Positions 19,667-28,059 of a stretch of 64,000 nucleotides of DNA are shown one piece after another (position 1 is the stretch's first letter; each line of letters opens with the position of its first letter). Position numbers and translations under genes: made by a program. The stretch lies in the NCBI GenBank assembly GCA_947313825.1, contig CAMZNJ010000055.1, positions 480 to 64,479 on the forward strand, read 5' to 3'. Below the pieces are notes generated by a model. It searched no databases, was not told where the DNA came from, and worked only from the letters and a program-made list of their open reading frames with translations. The DNA is from an uncultured Deferribacteraceae bacterium. GTDB taxonomy: Bacteria > Chrysiogenota > Deferribacteres > CAMZNJ01.

Positions 19667-20575
19667 ATGAACAACAAACACCTACTACAAGGGTGCATAC
19701 CCGCAATGGTTACACCATTCCAAACATCACCTGCAGGGAACTCCACCGTGGACTACAAATCCCTCACAAAACTCACCGAACACCTAATCAACGGCAACGT
19801 CGGCGGAATATGCCTACTCGGAACAACAGGGGAAAGTGTTACAATAAACTCTGGCGAACGTACAAAAATAATCCAACACGTCGTAAACACAGTAAACGGA
19901 CGGGTGCCCATCCTCCTCGGGAGCGGATCAAACAACACTGCAACAACAATTGAGCTCACCAAAGAGGGGGCAGACCTAGGCGTCGACGCCGTAATGATCG
20001 TAACACCATACTACAACAAACCCCAAGAATCGTTCTACATCAAACACTACGAAACCCTTGCGGATACAAGCACACTCCCCGTTATAATGTACAACATCCC
20101 CAGCCGCACAGGGGTGGACATGACCACCAATGCAATAACACTCCTAGCACAACACACAAATATTATCGGTATCAAAGAGGGTGCCGACTCACTCGAAAAA
20201 ATAGCCACAATCATCAGCCAAACTGACGACTCCTTCGCTCTCTACAGTGCCAGCGACTCCACAAACCTACCCATACTCGCACTCGGAGCAACAGGGGCAA
20301 TCACCGTACTCGGCAACATCGTGCCACAAAACGTTGCCCAAATATGCCAACTCATCAGCAAAGGCAACCTACACCAAGCTCAAACAGAATACTACAAAAC
20401 CCTCGAACTCGCCAAAATCATCTTCAGAGAAAGCTCCCCAGCACCAACAAAACTCGCACTAACACTAATGGGCATCATCGAAAACGAACTCAGAGCACCA
20501 CTCTACACAGCCTCAAAAGAAACTGAACAACTAATACGCACAGAACTCAACAAACTCAACTTGCAACTAAAATAA
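19667..20575 (+). CDS. dapA: 4-hydroxy-tetrahydrodipicolinate synthase
   Basis: IPAMVTPF... and the GTTGES motif are present. The start is at M12 of the listed ORF, with an AGGGG ribosome-binding site. Confidence 0.85.
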   Translation: MNNKHLLQGCIPAMVTPFQTSPAGNSTVDYKSLTKLTEHLINGNVGGICLLGTTGESVTINSGERTKIIQHVVNTVNGRVPILLGSGSNNTATTIELTKEGADLGVDAVMIVTPYYNKPQESFYIKHYETLADTSTLPVIMYNIPSRTGVDMTTNAITLLAQHTNIIGIKEGADSLEKIATIISQTDDSFALYSASDSTNLPILALGATGAITVLGNIVPQNVAQICQLISKGNLHQAQTEYYKTLELAKIIFRESSPAPTKLALTLMGIIENELRAPLYTASKETEQLIRTELNKLNLQLK

Positions 20576-20612
20576 TACGCCAAAAATAGAACACAGGCAC
20601 AGGCAGGGGAAT

Positions 20613-21590
20613 ATGAACAACACTGTAGGCGAAAACAAAGGAGCAACCATCAACGTGGCACTAGTCGGGGCAACAGGTCGAATGGGACGAGAAATCGCAC
20701 AACTCGCAACTAGTATGCCGAATATTCGCATCGTCGAGGCGTTCGACAAACACACCTCTAAACACCTCGGAACACCACTGCAAGAACTACTCCCAAACAC
20801 ACACGAAAACCATGACAACATACCACCCACCGTTATCGTATCCTCCCTGCCAACACCCGAAACCGCTAACACATACCTGCAATCAGTGCAACCAAACAGC
20901 ATGCCCCACGTACTCGTGGACTTCACCTCACCCGAAGGCACAATGGCAAACATCAACACCTACCACGCACTAAGAATACCCGTTGTCATCGGATCCACAG
21001 GCACAAGCCAGCAACTCCATGACAAAATCGCTGAACTCAGCACCAAAATACCCGTGTTCTACTCAGCAAACATGAGCATGGGGGTGCACATCATGAAACA
21101 ACTCACAATACACCTAGCACAACTCGCAACCCTAATGCAAAATACGGGCACACACACAACTCAAAATGGGAACAATCATGACGAAAACGTAAACCCAACC
21201 TACGACTTTGAAGTGATAGAAGCACACCACAACCGAAAACAAGACGCACCCAGCGGAACAGCAGTAATGTTGGCACAAAATATTGTCGATAACTTTGGCA
21301 ACAGCAGACAGCTGTCGGATCGTGCAAAATACTCCCGCCACGGCGACAATACCAAACGCACACCTTACGAAGTTGGCGTACAATCTATTCGCGGGGGCTC
21401 AATTGTTGGCGAACACACAGTAATGTGCATCGGGAGCAACGACCGCATCGAAATTACACACCGAGCGTCGTCGCGACGTATATTTGCTGAAGGGGCACTG
21501 CAGGCGGCGGCATGGTTGGCGTTGCAACACAGAAACAACTGTCCGAACTCACTCTACACCATGGACGACCTACTCCCTGCACAGCAGTAG
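20613..21590 (+). CDS. dapB: 4-hydroxy-tetrahydrodipicolinate reductase (unusually long, 325 aa, with N/T/H-rich inserts)
   Basis: NVALVGATGRMGREI is the NAD(P) motif, and EAHHNRKQDAPSGTA is the DapB signature. Confidence 0.8.
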   Translation: MNNTVGENKGATINVALVGATGRMGREIAQLATSMPNIRIVEAFDKHTSKHLGTPLQELLPNTHENHDNIPPTVIVSSLPTPETANTYLQSVQPNSMPHVLVDFTSPEGTMANINTYHALRIPVVIGSTGTSQQLHDKIAELSTKIPVFYSANMSMGVHIMKQLTIHLAQLATLMQNTGTHTTQNGNNHDENVNPTYDFEVIEAHHNRKQDAPSGTAVMLAQNIVDNFGNSRQLSDRAKYSRHGDNTKRTPYEVGVQSIRGGSIVGEHTVMCIGSNDRIEITHRASSRRIFAEGALQAAAWLALQHRNNCPNSLYTMDDLLPAQQ

Positions 21591-21877
21591 CACGCACACG
21601 CCACACGCCTGCACGGCAGTAGCACACACGCACACGCCACACGCCACACGCACACGCCTACACGCCACACGCCACACGCCACACGCCACACGCCTGCACG
21701 GCACACGCCTGCACGGCAGTAGCACGCACGCACACGCCACACGGCACACGCACACGCCTGCACGGCAGTAGCACACACGCACACGCCACACGCCACACGC
21801 CACACGCCACACGCCACACGCCACACGCCTGCACGGCAGTAGCACGCACACACACGCCACACGGCACACGCACACGC
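21591..21877. repeat. Tandem-repeat array (CACGCCA heptamer runs interleaved with 4 extra copies of CCTGCACGGCAGTAGCAC, a near-copy of the dapB 3' end) filling the dapB/kef convergent junction
   Basis: Read directly: copies at 21608, 21708, 21757 and 21838, plus the original at 21576. Minus-strand ORFs 21554..21915 within it are taken as artefacts. Confidence 0.85.
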
Positions 21878-23875
21878 CTACACGGCGAATGTTCGTGCGT
21901 AAATGCCCAGCACACGCTCAGTGGGGAGGGACGTTCCCATTACGATCCTGTCAGCCTCTTCCACAACGTTGTCGTGCTTAGGCATGGGTATGAGACTGTT
22001 CCCTCGAATGATGGCAACAATATGCACCGTTACCGCTGGTCGTTCCTCCAACAGCATCTCCCGCAAGGTTTTCCCCACTAGCATCCCGTAATGTTCTGTG
22101 TGCACGATTGCAAAGTATGAGTTGGGGAGTTCCACTTCGTACCGCTCTAGTAGGTTATCGATACTGAGCTCTAGCGTATTGTTGACGGCTTCTTTGGAGA
22201 TATGCTTATCCAGCACCCTTTTGCTAATCCTAGCTTTCGACTTTTCCGCAATCCCCTTGACGCTAAACATGTGGTAGATCATATCGTACCCCACAAGGTC
22301 GTCGGAAACAATAACATGGCTTGCCCCAACATCCAGCATCCCCTCGGCAACCCCTTTGCTTGTGGACTTTGTGATGACGTAAATATCTTCGTTCATGCTT
22401 TTCGCCGCCAAAATAATATCTTTGGTGATACCCGCATCGGGCACTGAAATACTTATTCCTAGGGCATCACATGCTCGTAAGTGTTTCAGTACCCCCTTTT
22501 TCCTTGCGTCGCCGTAGATAATCGGCTCAGTGGATCGATACCTTTTGACCGTCTCAGGGTTGGTTTCCGTGATAACATAGGTCATGCCAAACCCCTTAGC
22601 GGCACGGGCAAGCATCTGCCCCGTTGGTCCGTACCCTACGATAATAATGTGGTCGTGGAGGTGTTCGTAATCGGGGTTGTCAATGCTTTTGGCGTAAAGA
22701 CCGTGTGCCCAGATACCCTTGAGGTCGGAAAGCTCCATACGCTCCTCTATTTTTGCCGCCAACGACGCTATGAACGGTGTAACGAAAAAACCGGACAGTG
22801 CCAAAGTTACGAGGAAGCTGTGTATTGCGGGGTTTATCGGATGGTAGACGTTGGTCAAGGTCAGAATCACGAGGAAAAACTCCGACAACTGACCCATAAG
22901 CAACCCCACACGCAACGACGACGCCAACGGCAAACCTATCAAAAACGCAACAACCGCAATCACCACAAACTTCAAAAAATAAACAATGGGGAGACTAATC
23001 AACACTATGCCCACGTTGTCCACAATGAAATTAATGTCCAAAGATAAGCCGATAAATATGAAGAAAAACGCAATCATCAAATCCTTAATGGCTAGAATGT
23101 CCGCACCAGCCTCATGGGCAAAATCGGTGTCAGCCAAAACCATGCCAGCTATAAACGCACCAAAAGTGTTGGGGAGCTCCAAAGCCAACGACGCCACAAC
23201 TATCACAGCACACAACCCCAATATGGACATGATGAACATCTCAGGATCACGCTTCTTCGCAACAGTCAAAAGCAGGAACGGTATCACATACCGACCCATG
23301 AAATACACCACTACAACAAGAATAATCGCCTTCAACAAGACAAAACCCATGCCGAGCAAACCATCAGACTCGAAATAAATAGGGATGAACGACAACAAAA
23401 ATACGCTGGCAACATCCTGCATAATCAAAATACCGATGGTAGTGCGACCGAATGGCGTATGTTGCTGTTTGCTCTGCGAAATAATCTTAAACAGCATCGC
23501 CGACGAACTCAAAGCTATCCCAACGCTGATTATCCCCGCAACAACACCCGACAAACCGAAAAGCATGGTCAAAGGTAGAAATACCACCGCCGTAACAAAA
23601 ATCTGAAGCGTGCCCGCAACAAGAACCTCACGCTTTAACTTCGCAATCTCCCTGAACGAAAACTCCATGCCGATACTGAACAACAGCAGGATTATCCCTA
23701 TCTCACCCATAATCTCAATAACATGGGAATAATCCGAACCCTGACCAAGAACAAGACCAGCAATAATGCCTGTCGTAAGGTACGCCAACACTGTGGACAG
23801 ATTGAGAACCTTAAAAATAAAAACTAAAAGACCAGTCAACGCCATCAATAACGCAATATTATAAATTGTATCCAT
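21878..23875 (-). CDS. Monovalent cation:proton antiporter (CPA2/Kef-type) with C-terminal TrkA-N/TrkA-C (RCK) domains
   Basis: A multi-TM N-terminal half is followed by the IIIVGYGPTGQMLARAAK Rossmann motif. Confidence 0.8.
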   Translation of the reverse strand: MDTIYNIALLMALTGLLVFIFKVLNLSTVLAYLTTGIIAGLVLGQGSDYSHVIEIMGEIGIILLLFSIGMEFSFREIAKLKREVLVAGTLQIFVTAVVFLPLTMLFGLSGVVAGIISVGIALSSSAMLFKIISQSKQQHTPFGRTTIGILIMQDVASVFLLSFIPIYFESDGLLGMGFVLLKAIILVVVVYFMGRYVIPFLLLTVAKKRDPEMFIMSILGLCAVIVVASLALELPNTFGAFIAGMVLADTDFAHEAGADILAIKDLMIAFFFIFIGLSLDINFIVDNVGIVLISLPIVYFLKFVVIAVVAFLIGLPLASSLRVGLLMGQLSEFFLVILTLTNVYHPINPAIHSFLVTLALSGFFVTPFIASLAAKIEERMELSDLKGIWAHGLYAKSIDNPDYEHLHDHIIIVGYGPTGQMLARAAKGFGMTYVITETNPETVKRYRSTEPIIYGDARKKGVLKHLRACDALGISISVPDAGITKDIILAAKSMNEDIYVITKSTSKGVAEGMLDVGASHVIVSDDLVGYDMIYHMFSVKGIAEKSKARISKRVLDKHISKEAVNNTLELSIDNLLERYEVELPNSYFAIVHTEHYGMLVGKTLREMLLEERPAVTVHIVAIIRGNSLIPMPKHDNVVEEADRIVMGTSLPTERVLGIYARTFAV

Positions 23876-23993
23876 AAGTAACTAAAATAGTACAAAGGGT
23901 ACTTTTTTGCAACCACTTTAAACACTTTAATCACTAAAATACTACTAAACAAAAATAAATATCTCGCTAGAAGGAATATCTGTAATTTATACG

Positions 23994-24022
23994 TTGCAAC
24001 ACGCACCGTTTATGTGTATAAT
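23994..24022 (+). promoter_or_regulatory. Near-consensus sigma70 promoter (-35 TTGCAA, 17-bp spacer, TG-TATAAT -10) for the membrane-protein gene at 24142
   Basis: Read directly: TTGCAA at 23994-23999 and TATAAT at 24017-24022, preceded by TG. Confidence 0.5.
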
Positions 24023-24141
24023 CGTTGCATGTGAGTATGGAAATACGCGAAACAAAACCACTCACATCACCCAAACCACTAACTAAAATATATCTAAGTA
24101 GCTACAAAAACAAAAACTTGAACGCTACTGGAGGAACAACA

Positions 24142-24840
24142 ATGTCATCAAGAACATCCAGAGCCGTAAAACGCCACAACAGTGCCAAAAACAAACAGCA
24201 CAACGAACACATCCCAACACCAAACACCATGGCAACTGAAGGCGAAATCATCCAAACACCAAGCAAACTCGCAACAATGGCAACAAAATACAAACTGCAA
24301 CTCATGATCGTAGCACCAATACTACTCGTGCTCATCGTACTCGCAACAACAACATACCTCAACACAAGCAACAAAAACTCAACACCTGTGGCGTACGGAC
24401 AATTCTTTGCCGCACTCGACAACTACAACCCAAATACCGGCAACTTTACTCTCAATAAAGCGTACGAAAATGCCAAAAACTCGGTGGACACGAAAACAGG
24501 CGACTACCTCACATACATCGTCGGAGTAGTCAAGTACGAAAACGCAAACTCCACACAGGAAGGGTTACAACTACTGCAAACCATCGTAACCGAACCATAC
24601 AAATCCGCAGCACAAGGGTATATTGCTGACGCAACAGGAAGCCTCGACGACGGCTACAATGGCGACTCAGCCGACAAAAACTCCCTCGAAACACTCATCC
24701 CGTCCCTATGGGATTACCGACTAATCGTAAGCAACATCACTAACATCGACCCCAAAGAGCAGATGGAATTTGTGGGCGAACACCCCGAATCAAACTTGGC
24801 TGCACTGCTCAACGTTATTGCAGCAGGGGAGATGGAGTAG
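24142..24840 (+). CDS. Hypothetical membrane-anchored protein (single N-terminal TM helix, ~170-aa extracytoplasmic domain)
   Basis: A GGAGGA ribosome-binding site precedes the ATG at 24142. The TM segment is LQLMIVAPILLVLIVLATTTYL. No recognisable catalytic motif was found. Confidence 0.5.
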   Translation: MSSRTSRAVKRHNSAKNKQHNEHIPTPNTMATEGEIIQTPSKLATMATKYKLQLMIVAPILLVLIVLATTTYLNTSNKNSTPVAYGQFFAALDNYNPNTGNFTLNKAYENAKNSVDTKTGDYLTYIVGVVKYENANSTQEGLQLLQTIVTEPYKSAAQGYIADATGSLDDGYNGDSADKNSLETLIPSLWDYRLIVSNITNIDPKEQMEFVGEHPESNLAALLNVIAAGEME

Positions 24841-24847
24841 CCGACAG

Positions 24848-25265
24848 TGGCTGACGTGGTGGCGTGGCTGGCGTGGTGGCGTGGCTGGCGTGGTGGCGTG
24901 GCTGACGTGGTGGCGTGGCTGACGCGGTGGCGTGGCTGGCGTGATGGCGTGGCTGACGTGGTGGCGTGGCTGACGTGATGGCGTGGCTGACGTGGTGGCG
25001 TGGCTGACGTGGTGGCGTGGCTGACGTGGTGGCGTGGCTGACGCGGTGGCGTGGCTGGCGTGGTGGCGTGGCTGACGTGGTGGCGTGGCTGACGTGGTGG
25101 CGTGGTGGCGTGGCTGACGTGGTGGCGTGGCTGGCGTGGTGGCGTAGCTGACGTGATGGCGTAGCTGACGCGGTGGCGTGGCTGGCGTGGTGGCGTAGCT
25201 GACGTGATGGCGTGGCTGGCGTGGCTGACGTGGTGGCGTGGCTGGCGTGGTGGCGTGGCTGACGC
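24848..25265. repeat. 17-nt tandem repeat (GGCGTGGCTGACGTGGT and variants, ~24 copies)
   Basis: Read directly. Minus-strand ORFs 24714..25325 and 24815..25552 give 17-aa-periodic products and are judged artefacts. Confidence 0.85.
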
Positions 25266-25290
25266 ATCGGGAATAAGAATACGAACATAC

Positions 25291-25338
25291 AAATAGGGGG
25301 GGGTATCAACAAACGTGTTGTCCATACCCCCCCTATTT
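25291..25338. terminator. Bidirectional intrinsic terminator hairpin (G8/C7 stem, 17-nt loop, T-runs on both sides) between convergent genes
   Basis: Read directly: aaataggggggggtat-caacaaacgtgttgtcc-ataccccccctatttta. Confidence 0.7.
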
Positions 25339-25548
25339 TACATTTACAACACGGCAACACCTGTGCAACACGGCAACACCTGTGCCACACGGCAACACAT
25401 GTCCCACGCTCTCTGCATCTTACAACACGGCGACACCTGTGCAACACGGCAACACCTGTGCCACACGGGAACACATGTCCCACACGGCAACACATGTTCC
25501 ACGCTCTCTGCATCTTACAACACGGCAACACCTGTGCCACACAAGCGT
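25339..25548. repeat. 19-nt tandem repeat (ACACGGCAACACCTGTGCC and variants), organised as a ~96-nt higher-order unit x2.3, ending 7 nt from the ackA stop
   Basis: Read directly from the sequence. Confidence 0.85.
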
Positions 25549-25554
25549 GCACGC

Positions 25555-26790
25555 CTACTTAAACGAGTAGCCCAAATCCATATGACTCTTGTAGGTGCCA
25601 CGGATAACAGCCGCCGTATCCTCAATAATCACAATCTCTTCATTAGTAGGTATTACGTAAACCTTAACCTTCGATTCCGGTGCCGAAACCAATGTTTCAC
25701 CGTGTTTGCCCAGTGTGTCCATATTTTTCTTAGTATCGAGAACAATACCTAGCCCCTCGAGACCCTCAAGTGCTTTTTCGCGAAGTGGACCTGAGTTTTC
25801 GCCCACGCCAGCAGTGAATACGATGGCGTCCACACCACCTAACACGGCCATGTACGATCCGATATATTTCTTGATACGGTATGTTTCCATGTTAAACGCG
25901 AGTGCACACCTTGGATCGTCGAGGTTCCCTTCAATATCTCGCCTGTCGGAATACTGTTCGCTAATGCCTAGCACTCCCGATTCTTTGTTGAGTATGTTGA
26001 GAACTTCGTCGGCATTTTTGCCTAGTTGTTGTGATAGCAGTTGCACGACAGTTGCATCAACGTCGCCACTACGTGTGCCCATTACGAGTCCTTCCAGCGG
26101 TGAGAGTCCCATGGATGTGTCGACGCTTACGCCGTTTTTGATGGCACAGGCAGACGCACCGTTCCCGATGTGCATGGATATGATATTGCTTGCCTCGGCA
26201 GGTTTGCCCATTAGTTTGGCAGCCCGTTTTGCGACGTAAAGGTGTGATGTGCCGTGGAATCCGTATCGACGCACGGCGTAATCGCGGTAGTAGGACAGTG
26301 GTAGTGCGTACATGTATGCATGTTCGGGTAGTGTTTGGTGGAATGCGGTGTCAAACACGGCAACGTTGGGGAGTTTTGGCAGTAGTGTACGGATGGCGTT
26401 GATGCCGATGATGTTGGCGGGGTTGTGTAGGGGTGCGAGGTAGGATATTTTTTCTAGGTTGGCGATAACCTCGTCGTCAATGAGTACGCTCCCTGCGTAA
26501 GTTTCGCCACCATGGACGATGCGGTGTCCAACGGCGTTTATTTCGTCCAAGGAGGACAGTACGCCAAAATCTTTGTGTGTCAATAGTTTTAGTACGTAGT
26601 CTATTGCTTGGGCATGATCGTCGAAGGGGTGTTCCCCTTTTTCGGTATGGTTTTGTGTTTTGTGGCTGAATATGGAGCCACCGATGGCGATACGTTCTAC
26701 CAAGCCGGTTGCGAGTAGTTGGTCTGTGTCTTGGTTGTGTAGTTGGTACTTCAGCGACGAACTACCCGAGTTTAATACTAGTATAATCAT
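25555..26790 (-). CDS. ackA: Acetate kinase
   Basis: MIILVLNSGSSSLKYQL... is the AckA N-terminus. ASKHA-fold motifs are present. The gene lies downstream of pta. Confidence 0.9.
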   Translation of the reverse strand: MIILVLNSGSSSLKYQLHNQDTDQLLATGLVERIAIGGSIFSHKTQNHTEKGEHPFDDHAQAIDYVLKLLTHKDFGVLSSLDEINAVGHRIVHGGETYAGSVLIDDEVIANLEKISYLAPLHNPANIIGINAIRTLLPKLPNVAVFDTAFHQTLPEHAYMYALPLSYYRDYAVRRYGFHGTSHLYVAKRAAKLMGKPAEASNIISMHIGNGASACAIKNGVSVDTSMGLSPLEGLVMGTRSGDVDATVVQLLSQQLGKNADEVLNILNKESGVLGISEQYSDRRDIEGNLDDPRCALAFNMETYRIKKYIGSYMAVLGGVDAIVFTAGVGENSGPLREKALEGLEGLGIVLDTKKNMDTLGKHGETLVSAPESKVKVYVIPTNEEIVIIEDTAAVIRGTYKSHMDLGYSFK

Positions 26791-26874
26791 GCTATCCCCT
26801 TGCAAGGTTGCGTTAATAAGGTTGTGTTCATTATCATTATTGTTGTGCTTACAGTCTGCCTTTACGTGTTCCCC

Positions 26875-27858
26875 CTAGAGTACCTGCACGGCAACGAGGT
26901 TTGCGATGTCCTCGGCTGTTGTTCCCCGTGAGAGGTCGTTCATGGGTTTCCGTAGCCCTTGGATGATGGGTCCAACAGCGTTTGCTCCTGCTAGCTTTTC
27001 CACTAATTTGTAGGAGATGTTCCCCGCTTCTAGGGATGGGAATATTAGGCAGTGGGCGTTACCTGCAACACTGGACATGGGTGCTTTTTGTCGTGCAATG
27101 GATGGGATGAGTGCTGCATCGGCTTGTAGTTCGCCGTCAATCTGAATATCGGGGCGACGTTCCTGCACAAGGGATACGGCATCGGCAACATTTGTGGCTA
27201 TCTCCAACACACTGCTCCCTTTGGTGGAGAACGATAGCATGGCAACGTTGGGGGTAATGCCGAGGAGTCGTTTTGCGGTATCGGATGTGGCGATGGCAAT
27301 GTCGGCTAGTTCAGAGGCTGTTGGTGTTGGGTTTACGGCACAGTCTGCAAAGAATATTACGCCGTTGTGTCCGAAGTCGGGGTTGTCGAGTTCCATGAGG
27401 AAGGTGGAGGATACTGTTTTGGTGCCTTCAGCCGCTCCAACGCCTGTGAAAGCTGCCTTGAGCACATGGGCTGTGGAGTACTGTGCTCCAACAATGCATA
27501 CGTCCACGTCATCTGTGGCAAGCATCATAGTGCCGAAGTAGAGTGGGTCTCGCAGTATTTCGACGGCATCTTCTAGGAGTATCCCTTTGTGTTTGCGTTT
27601 TTCGTAGAAGTATTCGGCGTATTTGGCACCGTCGCTATGGGTACGGGGATCCATCGCCGTGTAGTCAAAGTTGATCCAGTTGTTTTCTTTCAGGGTATCT
27701 TCAATGGCGTCCACGTCTCCTAAAATAACGGGGTGGGCAAGATCGGCACACGACACCATGTATGCTGCTTCTAGCACTCGCGTATCCCCCCCTTCCGGGA
27801 ACACAACCTTTTTCCCTGATCCTTTCGCTTTGTCCCAACATGATTCCAAAAATGACAT
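26875..27858 (-). CDS. pta: Phosphate acetyltransferase (short-form Pta)
   Basis: A 327-aa PTA_PTB-family protein, adjacent to ackA. Confidence 0.85.
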   Translation of the reverse strand: MSFLESCWDKAKGSGKKVVFPEGGDTRVLEAAYMVSCADLAHPVILGDVDAIEDTLKENNWINFDYTAMDPRTHSDGAKYAEYFYEKRKHKGILLEDAVEILRDPLYFGTMMLATDDVDVCIVGAQYSTAHVLKAAFTGVGAAEGTKTVSSTFLMELDNPDFGHNGVIFFADCAVNPTPTASELADIAIATSDTAKRLLGITPNVAMLSFSTKGSSVLEIATNVADAVSLVQERRPDIQIDGELQADAALIPSIARQKAPMSSVAGNAHCLIFPSLEAGNISYKLVEKLAGANAVGPIIQGLRKPMNDLSRGTTAEDIANLVAVQVL

Positions 27859-27946
27859 ATTTTTAATGCCCCCAAATTATATTATAAATTTTAATATATT
27901 CTATTATTTCCATAAGTACACAGGGGAGCGTCGCAAAATATGGACA

Positions 27947-27997
27947 CAAAAATACCCCTTCTATCATAATAGTTTATAATAAAAGGGGTTATTTTTA
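27947..27997. terminator. Possible intrinsic terminator for nhaC (CCCCTT/AAGGGG stem, long loop, T-tracts)
   Basis: The inverted repeat caaaaataccccttc...aaaggggttattttt was read directly. The loop of about 22 nt is long. Confidence 0.3.
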
Positions 27998-28059
27998 CAA
28001 CAATTAAAATACAATTAGTGTATTTTATTCAGCAGCCTTGCATCCAAAAGCACTGCCGA

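Noticed and set aside
21554-21915. Minus-strand ORFs 21554..21862, 21570..21875, 21658..21915 and plus-strand ORF 21484..21771 (Cys/Arg/Val- or His/Thr-rich products)
   Set aside because: They lie wholly inside the CACGCCA tandem array. They are open only because the repeat lacks stop codons. Their composition simply mirrors the repeat unit, and they overlap the real dapB and kef ends.
24848-25548. Possible CRISPR array (regular 17-19-nt units)
   Set aside because: The units are contiguous head-to-tail with no unique spacers between them. They are shorter than any known CRISPR repeat, and no cas genes are in the window. The same holds for the arrays at 21591, 31681 and 59298.
24714-25552. 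Minus-strand ORFs 24714..25325 (203 aa) and 24815..25552 (245 aa) encoding ATPPRQPRHHVSHATTS-type repeats
   Set aside because: They are generated by the 17-nt repeat, which yields a 51-nt, 17-aa periodicity by cycling through the frames. One begins inside the terminator hairpin and overlaps the end of the 24142..24840 gene. No ribosome-binding site was found.
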